NCBI GenBank assembly: GCA_965649765.1
Contig: OZ287748.1
Span: 58,032,001-58,096,000 of the forward strand
DNA: 64,000 bases
Reading direction: 5' to 3'
Source of the DNA: Bispira polyomma
Taxonomy: Eukaryota
Shown piece by piece: positions 1 through 13,859 of this stretch; within the stretch, counting starts at the first letter, position 1; every line of letters begins with the position of its first letter. The notes under the pieces are model-generated. The model made no database searches. It was not told where the DNA came from and saw nothing but the letters and a program-made list of their open reading frames with translations. The translations under genes and the position numbers were made by a program.

Positions 1-215
1 TTAATACTGAATTACAGTTGAACCACTAAAAGTCGAACATCAAGCAGAAGAATTAGCTCTATTTATTAAGTAGAATTTTAACTTCACAGAATAGATCTGA
101 AAGAAAGATGTATTTATGGGACTTAAAGTACATATAACATATAACAAAGGAAATGAACAGAGTTATAGTTAAAGAGTTAATAAAGTTGTTAAACTGTGCG
201 TAGATCAACTCTTAC

Positions 216-506
216 CACAATTGTCTTCATCCTCCCCATCAGAACAATCACTGTATGTATCACACACAAATGACTCTTGGATATAACTCCCATCAGCACA
301 TCGATATCCTTCAGGCGTAGTGGCCCCAGTAGTGGTACATATGACAGTAGTGGTACTCGTAATACTGCTAGTTCTAGGCCTCTCAGTAGAAGTAGTAGTA
401 GAAGTAGTAGTAATCACACTTTTAGCAGTACCACTTCTACTAGTTGATGTGGTTAATTTTAGATTAGATGTTGGAATCTCAGATGAAGTCAATACAGTGT
501 CTGATT
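216..506 (-). CDS. Internal exon of an LDLa-containing membrane protein (probable protease paralog 1): Thr/Ser-rich mucin-like stem plus LDLa repeat; gene continues off the left edge
   Basis: ttatttccAG acceptor (507-508), TGTG|GTAAG donor (214-215), 291 nt, phase 1-1; ends [29 protein letters not shown] (LDLa DCxDGxDE motif). Confidence 0.85.
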
Positions 507-1244
507 CTGGAAATAAATACCCACATATTCTTTTTTTTAATATTTACATGTACTTACGGTGGGTGACCCTGAAGGTTAATATGGTAAGAGGTCAGAGGTA
601 GTGACGTTCAATGTGTTCTATATTCTCAATAGCATTAGCTATTAAAACAACTTGAATAACAGAAAAACAACAGACAACTGACAACAAATGTTACAATAAA
701 CTCTCTTATCAAGCTTTCTCTGGTACGCAGTAATATATATTGTCAATACTGATTCTTACAACAAAATTTTATGTTCTAGCTGTATCCTCACACATACACA
801 TAGAAGTAACCCAAAGTGTCCCATATATTCTGGGGCAGTCATAATACCGGTCAGGTCACAATACCGTTCCACATATATTTCAATGCTTAAAACATAGATT
901 TCTTCAAAATAAGGTGTTCTGTACTTTAATTCATAGGGATGAAGTAGCATGTGTTTTTAATATTAATTTTCATTATTAAAGTCTTTTAATTAAAGGTTTT
1001 ATGAACGTCTGTGTATGTCTTACCTTTAGAACAGTAATGTACAAGTACTGATAATTATGACTTATTTCATGGGGATTAATATTTACAGTAATTTGACTTA
1101 TTACCCTTTCTGTTACTAAATTTTATGAAGTTCAACCTGTATTGATATGTGAAGTAAACAAATAATCAATCTTAAAAATTAATTTTTTCAAAAATTAAAA
1201 ATGAGTGAACATTTTCTTAAATGTCTACTTCTACAGTATGTTAC

Positions 1245-1346
1245 CTGTTGGTATTGGTGTGGAACCCGCTTCAATATTCCCTTGGTCTGATGGGCCAGCA
1301 GCACTGTTTTTTGCATGAACATCATCATTGCCTCTTTGCTTGTAAA
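1245..1346 (-). CDS. Upstream stem exon of the same gene (xYKQRGNDDVHAKNSAAGPSDQGNIEAGSTPIPT)
   Basis: gtttgtacAG acceptor, ACAG|GTAACA donor, 102 nt, phase 1-1, open and in frame with exon 216-506. Confidence 0.6.
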
Positions 1347-1519
1347 CTGTACAAACACAAAGACATATCTAGCTGATTATGACTTTGTGTTGATCTTTGT
1401 TAATAATTGCTATGATTGTTTATTGCTAGTAATAATATTGCTGTTATAACTATTAAAAAACTAGATAGGTAATAATAAATATAGTTTATTTGCATTACAT
1501 GTATTGACAACAGACATAA

Positions 1520-2248
1520 TCCATTTGACAACAATATATCTACCTATTACATGTGCATTTATTAAATGAATGAAATTTTAAAGCCCCTAGCCAAACTGCA
1601 CAGAGAGGGGGATAGAAGAAGCAAATGTAAGGGGCACCACTGAAGATGCTTGTGATGTTTTTTGTAGATATGTGTAAACTGCTAATGACCTCCATAAGCC
1701 ATAATATTCTGAAGAGAGACATTTTATTGAATGCAAATGTGGCTCCCGACCTTCTAAAGGTATGGAAGCCATGTGATGAGTATTGTATGCCAATGTGGCT
1801 CAGAATTAAATTTAAAGCTGTTTTGACATGAAAATCTACTACTGTTTGATAAGGGAGTGTAAACAGTGTGGCGAACAGTGGTGCAGAAAGTGCCAGAGAT
1901 CTAGACCTGAGTAATTCTTTTAAAGCTAAAACAGGACATATAGCTTTGTTTTTATGAATTGGCAACTGTATAACATGTGTGTTTTTCTTATTTTGTAGGT
2001 TCTTGGCCAATTCCATTGTTACATGCACCCCTGGTGTTGAAATGATATATCTTCCTTCAGGAAGTGCCTAGTGATGTCAAATGCTGCCCTTGAGTGGGGT
2101 GCCAGGTTGGATAGCCTCAAGAACCAAAAAATGCAACTAAGAATATCGCCCTGTATAATACAAGATCTTCCAGTATGTTACAACCTTGTGCAATAAGTGC
2201 CAATTGCTCAATCGTAAAAATTCCCTTAGGTTTTGGCTTAAAAGTTTT
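1520..2248 (-). mobile_element. Decayed DIRS/Ngaro-type tyrosine recombinase fragment
   Basis: FLRLSNLAPHS, CPV and HTFRRSGATFAF motifs, closely matching the recombinase at 46677-47662; frameshifts present. Confidence 0.8.
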
Positions 2249-3713
2249 CTAATATTCTTGAGTTGCTAGCCAAATATTTTTAACGGAATTACATTCAATA
2301 AAAAGATGTTCCAAAGTTTCTTTATGAGTATGACACCAATCACAACTATCAAAAGCTTTGATTTTCATTAGATATAAAATAATATTAGTTGACACACAAC
2401 AGTGAATTATTTTATATTGCAAATCCTTAACTTGGCAGAAGAAAAATATGTTTCCAAATATCTCTGTCAAGCCAATATTTCTCTGAATTTTTAATCAAAC
2501 CAACTGAATTTTAATCAAATCAACAGAATTTTGTAATTTCTTGTGCACAAAAGCATTATATAGAGTCTTAGACATCACTAAATTAATTTCAAATGATGTA
2601 TTATTTATAGTAATACATGTTGTCACTGTTTTATGCACACATTTTAGACTTTGTGCATTAACCCTGAGCATTGTTTTCTAATTTACTGGGATAGAATGTA
2701 CCAGACTTTGCCATAAGAGCCAATATTTAGAACTAATGTTAAGCTTATTCTGAAAGTCATGATATTGCTATCATTATTTAAAATATGTAAAAGTTTTCTT
2801 ACATGTTTTTCAGCAAGTTCTTTATAAAATAGTGTTTGTTTGTTCACCTTAATATATTTATTGTACCATATCATTGAATTAGATATCTCCTTATAATTGA
2901 AATTTTCATTACATCTTAAAGATGATCATTTTGATAAAACTTCTTTATAGAATGGATTAAACTAATATTTAAATTCCTTATTATCATATTCACTTTGCAT
3001 AACTATATCTGTTGATTCTTGTTTTAAGTAAAATTCAAGCATGACCTTCCAGATACTATTACAACCTGTGGTAAAATATCTCTGTACCCGTTTTAGCTGA
3101 AGGGCTGCTATTTTAGATTCCAAATCCAGCATCTTTTGACCTCCCAATTCATATGTCTGTATCATCTGACACCTCTTTACTTTATCTTTAGACCTACCCC
3201 ACAAAAACTTGTAGGTCAAAGTATTAATTAGTTCCACAACCCACAGTGGTATACATATGACTGAGGCCAAGTACAGAAATTTTGAAACTCCCAGTATTTT
3301 TATAATTAAAACCTTTCCTGTTAATGATAAATTTCTCATTTTCCATAAATTCAGTATTTATTTCAAGATCTAAAAGCTTTGACTCAAATTTTTTATTGTT
3401 GGCTTCAGTTGTATTGTATGAAAAACTCGCACCTAATATTTTGAAGGGCCTCTTTGACCATTTTATATTTATATTATAATTTTTATCACTTCCTTTATCT
3501 TGAAGATTACTTGGAAAAACTGCTTCTGTTTTTTTTCAATATTAACTTTGAGACCTGATACTTTTTCAAAATTCTTTAGTATTTTGGGAAACATTTGTGC
3601 AGATTTGATGTCTAATAATATGCCAGTGGTTTACTGTTCTTCTTTCAAATAACTTGTGTTCATTTTTCAGTATCCTTTCCCTCTTTCAGAATTATCATCA
3701 TATTGTACCCTTA

Positions 3714-6456
3714 TGCCGTGGTCATACTGAGCACATTTTGCTTATGTTTTTTTCGCAAACGTGAGGAAACGCAAGTAAACGAAGTCCATTTTTTAGCGTA
3801 AATGACCATAAGCCCAAAATTACATCCAAGCCGCTTCTATTACGCTTTAAGCATGTTTAACCCATTTTCTTCCCGCTTATTCCATATACTAACACACATG
3901 GAATGTGATTTTTAGCTGCCGTTGTATTCACGTTTGTCACGTCCGGCATGTTATTTATCATGTTTAGAAATGTTTAATACGTTTTGGTCACGTATTACTC
4001 ACGTCTAGCTTCCCATTCCATTTGGGATCCGTTTATCATGCTTTGGCCGCTTTCCTCACGCTCCAAGCACACTTCAATTACACCTATTACGTCCCTCACG
4101 CTTCCATTTCGTTTATTACGTTTCTCACACATTAAATACGTATGGGACGTTTTTGCAGCTGTTTCTGGGGGTATATATAAGAGTCGATTGTACATATTTT
4201 CCTCATTATTCAAATTTGTTCTACTGTTCGCTGGATTTTTTAACAATTTCAACAATGACTTTTTTCTTTGTATTGGAACAATTCCAGGTCCTGCAACAAG
4301 CTTTGATAGTTCAAGTACAAGCGATGCGGAATATATTTAATGCAACTGAATATTTGGAACAGGTAGGTATGGAAGAACAGGCAGGTGTGGTGAGAAGGAG
4401 AAGGCAGAGACAGGTGTGGACCAGGCCCTGGATACTTAGAAGACCACTCTTTGGATTCTACGAGCACCTATTGCAGGAGCTTGAGGCTGAGGACCCTGCC
4501 AGTTATAGGAATTTCACCAGGATTGATCCTGTCCTCTTCCGAGAACTGGTCTAACGCTTGAAACCAAGACTGTGAAGGGAAACGGTCAATTTTAGGGCTC
4601 CCCTAGAACCAGGTTTAATGGTGGCCATCACCCTGAGGTACCTGGCTACTGGTTTGGACTACAGATCTCTGGCCTATGGTTTTCGTGTCACACACAACAC
4701 GGTGTCTGTGATTATCCAAAAAGTTTGCCGTGCCATAGAATTGGAATACCGCGATGAAGTTATATGTGCTTCGGACACACCCCAGGGCTAGACTGATATA
4801 TTGCAGAATTTTTCGACAAAAGATGGAATTTTTCTCATTGCATTGGTGCCATAGATGGGAAACACTTCGCCCTATTGAAGCCCCCTCACAGTGGATCGCA
4901 GTTCTTCAACTACAATTATACTTTTGGCTGTGGTGGATGCTGACTACAAGTTCATCTACCTCAATGTTGGTGCAAATGGCTGCTGCTCTGATGCCCAGAT
5001 CAGGAATGCCTCTCACTTGAAGCAAGCCTTAGAGGATGACCTACTCCCACTCCAGCAGTTACTCCTTTGCTCGGTGATAACCAGCCCATGTCCTATTTCT
5101 TGATTGAAGATTATGCATTTGCATTAACAAGATACATGATGAAACCGTATGGACATAGGGCACTATCTTATAAAGAGAAGATTTTTAACTACCGCCTGTC
5201 CCGCACAAGGAGAGTTGTTGAAAATGCTTTTGGCCTCCTAGTCAATAGGTTCAGATGCCTCAGTGGGCAATTGTGCCATGGTCCAGAAGTAACCACTCTG
5301 ATCACCACTTTTTGCTGCATTTTACATAACATTTGCAGAGTGAGGTATCCAAATGGCCAACACCAAGAATTGTTGGACCGAGAAGACGCACAGCACAATA
5401 TGCAACCAGGGGATTGGAGAAATGGGGCAGCGTTGCAAGATATGGAGGAGATACTACTGGGGAACACGGCAAACAGAGAGGCCAAGGCTCAACGGGCCTT
5501 ACTGAAAGGGTACTACAACAACCCATTAGGTGCCGTTTCCTGGCAGGACAGAATGATTTAATGTATACTTTGTATCTAATGTTTGTCATTAATATGTCAT
5601 TTTGTGAATAAATGTTTCTTCTTCTTGTTGTTTTATTTTATAACTAACTGTGAAGGTAACTGTTGAGTTGCTGCTTTCCTCTTTCTAGTAACTCTATCCA
5701 TTTTACAAATGGGGGACAAAAACTGTTATAAACTTTTATAAAACTTGCAAACACGTCCGTGCACAATGAACTATAAATTTTGAATGATGCGAAAGCATAG
5801 TGCCTTGTGGTAGCGGATGACGCTTTTGATGATGTATTGAGTGAATGACGAAAGCACCTGCATATGTCACAACAAAATAAACAAACAAAATTGTGACAAC
5901 ACAAGCGAATCAAACGAAGTAAGAGCGTGGTGAACAAAATGGAAGCGTATTGAACGTAATGAAAATAAGTAAACGGCTTGGTAAACGGGTTGAATGAAAT
6001 AGCATGCAGATCTAACGAAATATCAAACGGGATGTGCGTACTGTACCTAAGCAAAACGAGTCAAACTAAAATATTGATTTTTGGCCAGAAACGGCTATAA
6101 AAACAGATGCAATGTGTAATAAATGACCCATACCAAATGGAACGTCTTGTAAATCCCACATAGGTATAATACGTTTAGGGCCGCTTTAATCAAGTCCAAT
6201 TCTGCAAAATACACTTCAATTTTGTTTCAGATACTTTTTAAAGCCGTTCATTACGCAAATGGTAAAAATTCTAAAAACGTAAAAAATTTCGAAAAAAAAA
6301 AACACTTTTTCAAAATTTCCAATTTTTTTTCAATTTTGATCTTACGCAACCATACTTTCGCATATATATTTTACACTTGTTACGCAAGTGCTTACACAGC
6401 GGTTAGGTTTGCCATTTTTTGGCGTAAGCGAAGCGAAGCTCAGTGTGACCATGGCA
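3714..6456 (+). mobile_element. PIF/Harbinger DNA transposon (2743 bp), transposase only
   Basis: TIRs TGCCGTGGTCATACTGAGC / GCTCAGTGTGACCATGGCA; TTA TSD at 3711-3713 and 6457-6459. Confidence 0.92.
4255..5561 (+). pseudogene. Harbinger DDE transposase (HARBI1-like), disrupted
   Basis: LRYLATG, GAIDGKH, LLAVVDADYKF, YRLSRTRRVVENAFG motifs; several stops and frameshifts; AATAAA at about 5607. Confidence 0.9.
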
Positions 6457-7989
6457 TTAAACTGATCGGTGAATGATCACATTGAAATGAAGTTAAACAA
6501 TTTGTATGTGTGATCCAATCTGTTAAGTTATATAATATCATGCAATAATCTTATCTACAATGTATTTGTGGTTTCTTTTGTCTCCATGTGTATCTTTTGG
6601 TTGTTGGGTTTTGAGGTCTCCAATACTTGATAAAATTCCACCCTTTTTGTTTTCATGTTCTATAACATGCGATAAATCTTCATAACATTTTAGTTGTTTA
6701 ACATCAGTATTAGGAACGTAAATATTTATTAAAACAAATGTCGTTCCCTCAATATGTACTTGAATTATAATAAATCTGTCTAATTTTTTATTTAATACTT
6801 TTTTATATAGAGTCTTTTAAAATAATTATGAATTCATTTGCATCATTACAAGTTTGTCCCATTTGCCCTAAATTAAAGTCCCTCAGCACTCTTTTTGACA
6901 AAGTTGTGCACTGTACAGTATGTCACTTGTAAAAAAAGCAACGTTATCATTCTTTTTTAATATAAGTGAATATACTAGTTATTTTTATAAAGTTATAAAT
7001 TATTATTATTATAACAGTTCTGTTATGGCACTTAATCTTGGCAGCTCAAAGACATGACATGACATTTGCGCTAAGCAATGATAGTTTACCTGCTGTAGTT
7101 TGCTTTGCTGAATTTTCATCTAACAAAACTGGGTATGACATAACAATAAACAACACAAACACTAAAATGTAAAACACAGATAACAAAATAAACAACAGAA
7201 ACACAAAACATGTTACATACTAATTATCAGCCAACACCACAATAACTGAGGACTGGATATGACAAAAACACACAAAAGAGTTTACACAGGATTGGTTGGC
7301 ACACCAACCTTCATTTATTGTCTCATCTCTTTATATTGAGAGTGTAAAATACCAAACATAAAATTAATTGATTCAAATTACCAAACATTAAATTAATACC
7401 TTCAAAGCATTTTCAATATGCATTTCATTATTATTATTATAGTTGTTTGTCCTGTTCTGTAACTTAATAATAAGCGATTGTAATGTAATATTGCATTAGA
7501 AATCATTTAAAGTAGTACTGCAGGATTTTTTTATATTATTCATTTAGCATGCCCAAATTAACAGGTATATATTAAAACCTTTGTTGTCTGAATTTTGAGC
7601 AAAAAGGTATTGTAATAAAAACAGACCCATAAAACATCTAGCAACATGAAAATGCAAGTTTAGGAAGGTTAAAATATATTATTATGGAGTTCTGCTATAT
7701 TCATTCTCAAATGTTTAAAAAGTTTTTATGAAATATATGTATTCATTACAAAACAGTCAAAAAGGTTATAATACAAAATAGTCCTGCAAAATGTTTATTT
7801 ATAACAAAATTAATGTCTTTATTGCTAAATACATGTATTTAAAAAGTTTCTCCACAATAGGCCTGCATAAAGTTTATATTAATAACAAAGTCCTTTATGC
7901 TTTTTGATATTATCAAACATAACTTATCTGTCCCAACAGCACACTGAAGTTCATTTAAAACTAGAGTTGCAGCTTCTTTTATATGATCA

Positions 7990-9563
7990 AATCTGACAAA
8001 TGTGCTGATATGCTACTCGCATCCGTTTTGAAGCTTGTAAACTGCTCACTTATTGAGGGACATGTACCTGATGGTTTTAAAACAGCTGTGGTTACTCCTC
8101 TTATTAAAAAGGCTTCTCTTCCAGCTGATGAGCTAAAGAACTATCGTCCTGTATCTGGTCTTAGTTTCATATCAAAACTGGTTGAACATGACAACCCATA
8201 CCAGTCTGCATATAAAATAAGTCATTCAACTGAGACAGCTCTTCTGTTCAAAAAAAATGAAGTTCACCTATCTTTGTCAAGGGGCAAACATACTGCCCTG
8301 GTGTTGCTCGATCGCTGCTTTTGACACCATTGATCATTCCACTCTTCTCTGTTGTCTTCAGACTTGCTTTGGAGCTGGGATCTCTGTTCTTAAATGGTTC
8401 ACTTCTTACTTAACTGATTGTATCAGTCAATAAAAATTGGTTCTACTTTGTCCGATCTTTGTAAACTCTTGTTTGGTGTTCCACAGGGTTCTGTTTTGGG
8501 CCCTTAACATTGTACACTGCCCCTCTCAGATTGGTGATTGGCAAATACAAGTTTCATTTTTATGATACCGAAATGTATGTGCACTTATCCCATAAGAATA
8601 CATATACTGCCTTTGAACAGTTGAACAAGTGCCTTGACGATGTGAAAGAGTGGATGTCCACTGGTAAACTCAAACTTAATCCCAACAAGACTGAGTTTGT
8701 AATCTTTGGCTCAAAATGACAGAGGGAGAAGTTGAAAGCATGTTTTCCAGTTGACATCCTGGGTAGCCCTTTCAGTCCAGCTGATTTTGTCAAGAACCTG
8801 GGTGTATGGTTCGACTCTGACTTTTCCTTTTCTAAACACATTCAAAGTATCTGCAAAAGTTGTTTTGTGCAACTCCAGGACTTTATGGGGTTTCTCACTT
8901 ATGATACTTCTATACTTGTGGCCAATGCTTTTGTCAGTAGTAGATTGGATTACTGCAATTCACTTTTCAGGAGTCTCTCAAAGTTTAATTTACGCAAATT
9001 ACAATGCATTCAAAATAGTGCAGCTAGAATTGTGTCAAATACCAGTCGATACACCAGTATAACTCCTGTTCGTAAGAAATTGCATTGATTCCCTGTTGAA
9101 CAGCGTTCAGTGTTTAAAACAGCTACACTTGTTTATTCACACTGGTTTTCCAAAGTATTTTGCCCCATATCTTTCCTCTTACACTAGTTCTTATAATACC
9201 AGGTGCAGTCAGAGTGGTAGTAATTTCCTTGTAGTTCCAAAGTTCCACCCGTCTACTCAAAAGTCAGTCAAACAGTTTGGTCACAGCTTTGCTTTTGATG
9301 CTCCCATTGTTTGAAATGCTCTTCCTGATATGATTCATGTGTCCTCCTCACTAGCCTCTTTTAGAAAGCAGCTTAAAACCCACTTGTTCAACAAAGCATA
9401 CTCACCTTAGTCCCACTCATCCCCCGGTGTGCTCTGTGGTGCTTGACCCTTTTCTGTCCCTGGATATTAAAATTGGATTACTGTCTTTTGTGCTGTTGCG
9501 CCTTAGAGTCCCCTTCGTTAAGGGGAGATTAAGCACTATAAAAATCTAATTACAATTACAATT
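7990..9563 (+). mobile_element. 5'-truncated L2/CR1-group LINE (RT and 3' end)
   Basis: [49 protein letters not shown] motifs; (attaca)n tail near 9548-9563. Confidence 0.88.
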
Positions 9564-10249
9564 GTACAAGATTGGTTTAAAATTGTTATTGTTATTTTAA
9601 TGCTGAAGGGCTATGCCAATTGGCCCAAATGTTATATGGCAATTTTAACGATGAAGGGCTATGTCAATTGGCCTCCTTAAATGTTATTAGTTAGCTCTTT
9701 AATTATTGACAGCTCAGTTCTAGAGCTCGACTTATAATGATGTCTGTATTATAGTTGGATCACAAGCGTGTCAAGCACGTTATTTTAGAGTTTTATTAAT
9801 TTTAATTTGATGTATAGGGTGTAGAAAAGTTATTAATTGCAGTTGCCTGACTTGGGGGATGGTGGATCTGATTTCTTTTGGTAAATGGAGATTCTCAGGC
9901 ACTAAATAATCACAATATATTACAATTTAAATGTTAGGGCATAGGTGGTGGACAACAATACAATCAGCCTCAAATGAAGAGTGATGGAGGGTCAGCACCT
10001 ATACACAGTGCGCCCAGTAGAGTCTAAGATGATTAGAACCCTGTCAATATTAGTCCAGAGCTAGAGGTAAGAAGTCATACAGGAGACCAAATGATTATCA
10101 AACCCAAGTAACATGGTAAGGTTCCATAAGTTCAATATAAGTATAGTAGCTCAGTGTGAAGGGAGAGACCCCAGCCAGGATCCCAAGGTAAGCTGTTATA
10201 TCAGAGCACACTTCTAAGCCGACTGGCAATGCAAGTCAAGCAGATACAA

Positions 10250-10760
10250 GCCAGCCATTTATACTATACATCGATCTTGCTATCTTTATATTTGCGACCT
10301 CAAGAAAACACCAATTCCACTAAACAGTCATAGCAAATGCACTCATCAGCAATTGGTTGTACTACTGCCATTCTCTGCTTCTTGGACTAAAGAAGTTCCA
10401 GCTGCAAAGGCTACAGTCAATCCAGAATGACTTGTGGAGAGTTGTGTGGGATCTTGTGTCAGTACCACTCCTTTTCTCAAAAGGCCTTATTGGCTACCAG
10501 TCAAGTACCACATCATTTTCAAGACCAATGTTACTACATACAAAGCTGTAAACCTTGTCACTCTCCACATCTTGCCTCATTGTTGTCTTTCAGCAGACTT
10601 ACCAGGGGGAACAGAATTTCATTCTACGATACTAAAACCAGTAAACAGATTAGAAATCACCTTAAGATCCATCTCTTCACCCTCGCTAACCCTTAATATA
10701 TTTCTTTCTCCTCCACGTCACCCCCCTAATCATGAATGTGCATTAGAAACGAACTACGGA
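10250..10760 (+). mobile_element. L2 LINE 3' fragment
   Basis: YCHSLLLG..LQRLQSIQN, WLPVKYHIIFK, LKIHLFTLA. Confidence 0.7.
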
Positions 10761-11619
10761 TACGAAGCCAGCACACACATCCCCCCCAATGTATGAGGTA
10801 AGTACCAGTCAATTTGAACTAACCATGAAGCACTACACAGATGGGCAATGAGCATGTCGAGCAAGTAGCAAACCAAAGGCCAACTGATAGTGGTCAGTGC
10901 ATAGCTAATTCAGCAAGTAGAAACCAATATGCAAGGTTGAAGACAAACCATACCGCCCTCTGTTGTTACCTTGGTGATATACAAGATGGCCGACACAAGT
11001 CAGACCTCAAGTAAAAAAGGACAAATGTAAATGAAATTAAATCGTAATGTTTTTTATAAAAGTTTATTAAATTAAAAACATTTTGGCAAAAGACACCTAT
11101 AGAAATACACCTACATATTTTATTTGTGCATGATTAGTGAAATAGTTAAACATGAAGTGTACTAATTGATAATAATTTGTATATGGTATAACACATATGT
11201 GAATAATATTTCAAAATACAAAAAAAATATAAGTGGCCTCGAACATAGAAATGAAATAATGTGCACTCTTTCAGGTATTCTCCCTAACATAATTATTTTA
11301 AATGTGTGTAATGTACAAAACCCTCCCCACAGATTTAACTTGGTAGTATCAATAAGTGCTATAACGAAAACAACCTGTGCTTGTATTCCTAAAATGTCCT
11401 ATGAAAAGCCTTTGTTGGTCTTATTTCACAGAATAAAAACACTTTAGTGGAGATTAAACTTATGCCAGGACCACTTGTGTATCAGACCGTAGATATTTGA
11501 CACAGTGTGTTTTTATACAATAAAAACCTACACGATATTGACTCTCGTCTTAAACCCCTAATAAAGAGAAACTTCAGAGATTACCAAGCAAATTAGCAAG
11601 ACAAATGAGGTAATAAAGA

Positions 11620-11950
11620 TAACAAGAGTTGTCTTTTTAAAAAAACATCAGTGCACAATCTGATTGACACCCCTCAGTTTGGCCAGGTCGATTGCTTCTA
11701 ACCAATCCATGAAGGCCTTACATATTATTTCCAATATTTATAAACTTATAAATTTTATCTCAGTGCCCAAATTGCATTTTAAAGAAGAGTGAAATGATAG
11801 ACACTCTTTCTGCAAGTCCCACTGGTACTTCAGAGACCTTCCTTATTTCACGCTCCCAGCTGTGCTTGATAATCGCCTGATAATATAAACCTGACACCCT
11901 TCGATTGCTTCCAACCAGTTCATGAAGGTGTTCATATTTTCAAAATGGCC
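11620..11950. repeat. Dispersed repeat: two partial copies here and an inverted copy at about 14800-14965
   Basis: TCGATTGCTTC-AACCA-TCCATGAAGG at about 11688 and about 11901; reverse complement at 14810-14875. Confidence 0.55.
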
Positions 11951-12289
11951 GCAGCCTTTTCAGAATGAAATCAATATAAATGTGCCTGATAAAAAATGAG
12001 GTAATACAGACATAAAAACAGTCACTGGAGCCCTTCATTGCAAATCAATACAGGGACAACCATATAACAATATAAATGGTGATCATGTCAGAACTATGTA
12101 AACAAAACGGCAGTGTGTATAATGTCTATAATGCATCATGTTCATATTCCTGGAAGTAATATACCGTATTTAGTTGACAATTGGCGGCTGAGTGTAATAT
12201 TTGTCTTTTACCAATGTTGTATGTATGAAATTCAATGGTCACTTTTATCAGGTTATTTTTGCTATAGCATCGATTGATTCTACCAAGTT

Positions 12290-12432
12290 AATTCTGTAGT
12301 ATTGCACAGGTAGCCAATGGAGTCTTTTGTGAAAGGGAGTCATACTGACATGAGATCCTACACAGCATACAACTCTGTATAAGTGATTCTGGATTGACTG
12401 TAGCCTTTGCAGCTGGTACTTCTTTAGTGTCA
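12290..12432 (-). mobile_element. L2 LINE fragment
   Basis: QLQRLQSIQN..TPFHKRLHWLPVQY; similar to the 10380-10510 copy. Confidence 0.7.
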
Positions 12433-13859
12433 ATCATGTAGTAGAAAAACAGTAGAAATCCATAAACAAATGTAGCTTTAAGGTAGTAAATGGCAGGTGT
12501 ATAATTAAACTTACAGGCTACACCTCACAACTACAGTTGCAAAATGACGCTACACCTAAAACTCTTCCCCGTTATAAAAGTACTTTGAAGTCTGACTATA
12601 TGTATATATCATGTTTGCGATGACGTAGAAAGTAACAAACACGTTCAGTGACTAGAATGTCGAGGACGACCTAGTTCACTACTTTTGTAGTCAGTGTGGC
12701 TTGTCGCAGTTCATACTTTGGGACCAACTGGGATGGTTGTGTTAAATTATTTGTGAAAGGTCAAAATATCCTTCATTGGTCACTGTGTCTTTTACGGCTA
12801 GCAGGCAGCATGTGACACATGATAAGCAAATCAAAATGATAGAGAATAGTAGAAATCAATAATTACACACTGGTTAAATAGTAGATTGTCATCTGTAGCA
12901 GAAGAACAACTCAAAAGTATAAGAACCACATATTATTTTAACGAATAGTCACATTATAATCACATAATTTGCATTGGCAATTCAAAAGATGTCATATCCT
13001 TAATTTTGATTTTTGTTTTTCCCTACAACCCTGAGAGAAACTCTAGAGTAGCAGACTTTTGACGTGTTACTGTAGTCTGCCAATTTAACTGATGTCTTGG
13101 ATTATTTACTTTAGATTTATTCAAATATTCATCCAAGTAAAAATGTAAAAACAAACTTCCTCATTTAGTCGATTGATTCAACATTATGTAAGAGACATTA
13201 TAATAATCTTTATTGCTCATTATAAATTCTATCTAATCTCCACCAATGAGAATTATCTGCTCACAACTTCCTTGTTCACAGAATCAATAGCAGTATTTGG
13301 ACAGCTCAGAACGTCGAATAACATTTTTTCCCCCTGTCATTTCTGTTCATTGTCAATATTTTGTTTTCCCTGGTATTAACGACTACAGATCCTATGATCA
13401 TTGCATTAGAGTGTGTCCTGTTTAAGGTTTAAACACTAGCAGAAATCTACTTATAAGACACTAATGGATTAACACACAGACACGTGTAATATATTTGGTT
13501 GTTCCTTTGAAGTATTATTATAGCAGTCTTTTCAGTATGAGAAAGATATGTATACAGTGTTATAACTTGGATATGAACAGCTTATAAATGTATATCCTGA
13601 CACCTGTTTCTTTATCAAGGCATATAATAACATATAATAACATAGAGTCTGCGCTTTGGATGCTTGGGTGAAGCTAATTACATAAATTTATTTTATAGGG
13701 AAGTATAATTAAAATCATTTTTGTAGTTAAAAATTAATATTAAAATTGGTAGAATGTACTTGATATAATAAGGGCTCTCCATTAGAATAGCAGTACAAAG
13801 GTTATGTGACCACTTTAAGCCAATGGCATCTTAGGATTCTCTGCTGAGGTATAATATTT

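Larger units (their letters stand above)
2249..7130 (-). mobile_element. Tx1/L1-clade LINE ORF2 remnant (APE endonuclease about 6457-7100; RT C-terminal half and zinc finger 2249-3630), split by a Harbinger insertion and internally deleted
   Basis: Rejoined empty site reads CDHSPISLRVQY..RGKGY*KMNTSYL; other motifs SGLKVNIEK, LSLTGKVLIIK, CDWCH..ETLEHLFIEC. Confidence 0.8.

Noticed and set aside
320-601. Hydrophobic plus-strand ORF resembling a membrane protein
   Set aside because: Antisense shadow of the Thr-rich exon
7090-7215. Apparent TM-coding or micro-exon (..FLLFILLSVFYILVFVLFIVMSYPVLLDENSAKQTTA|GT) for the left minus-strand gene
   Set aside because: The frame continues GKLSLLSANV, the typical start of a Tx1 APE domain, and GT-rich LINE spacer DNA translates as hydrophobic by default; more likely LINE sequence. 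The real TM exon was not found.
11560-11640. KKTTLVIFITSFVLLICLV on the minus strand as a TM exon
   Set aside because: It overlaps a dispersed repeat also present at about 14800-14965 and has no phase-1 donor or start
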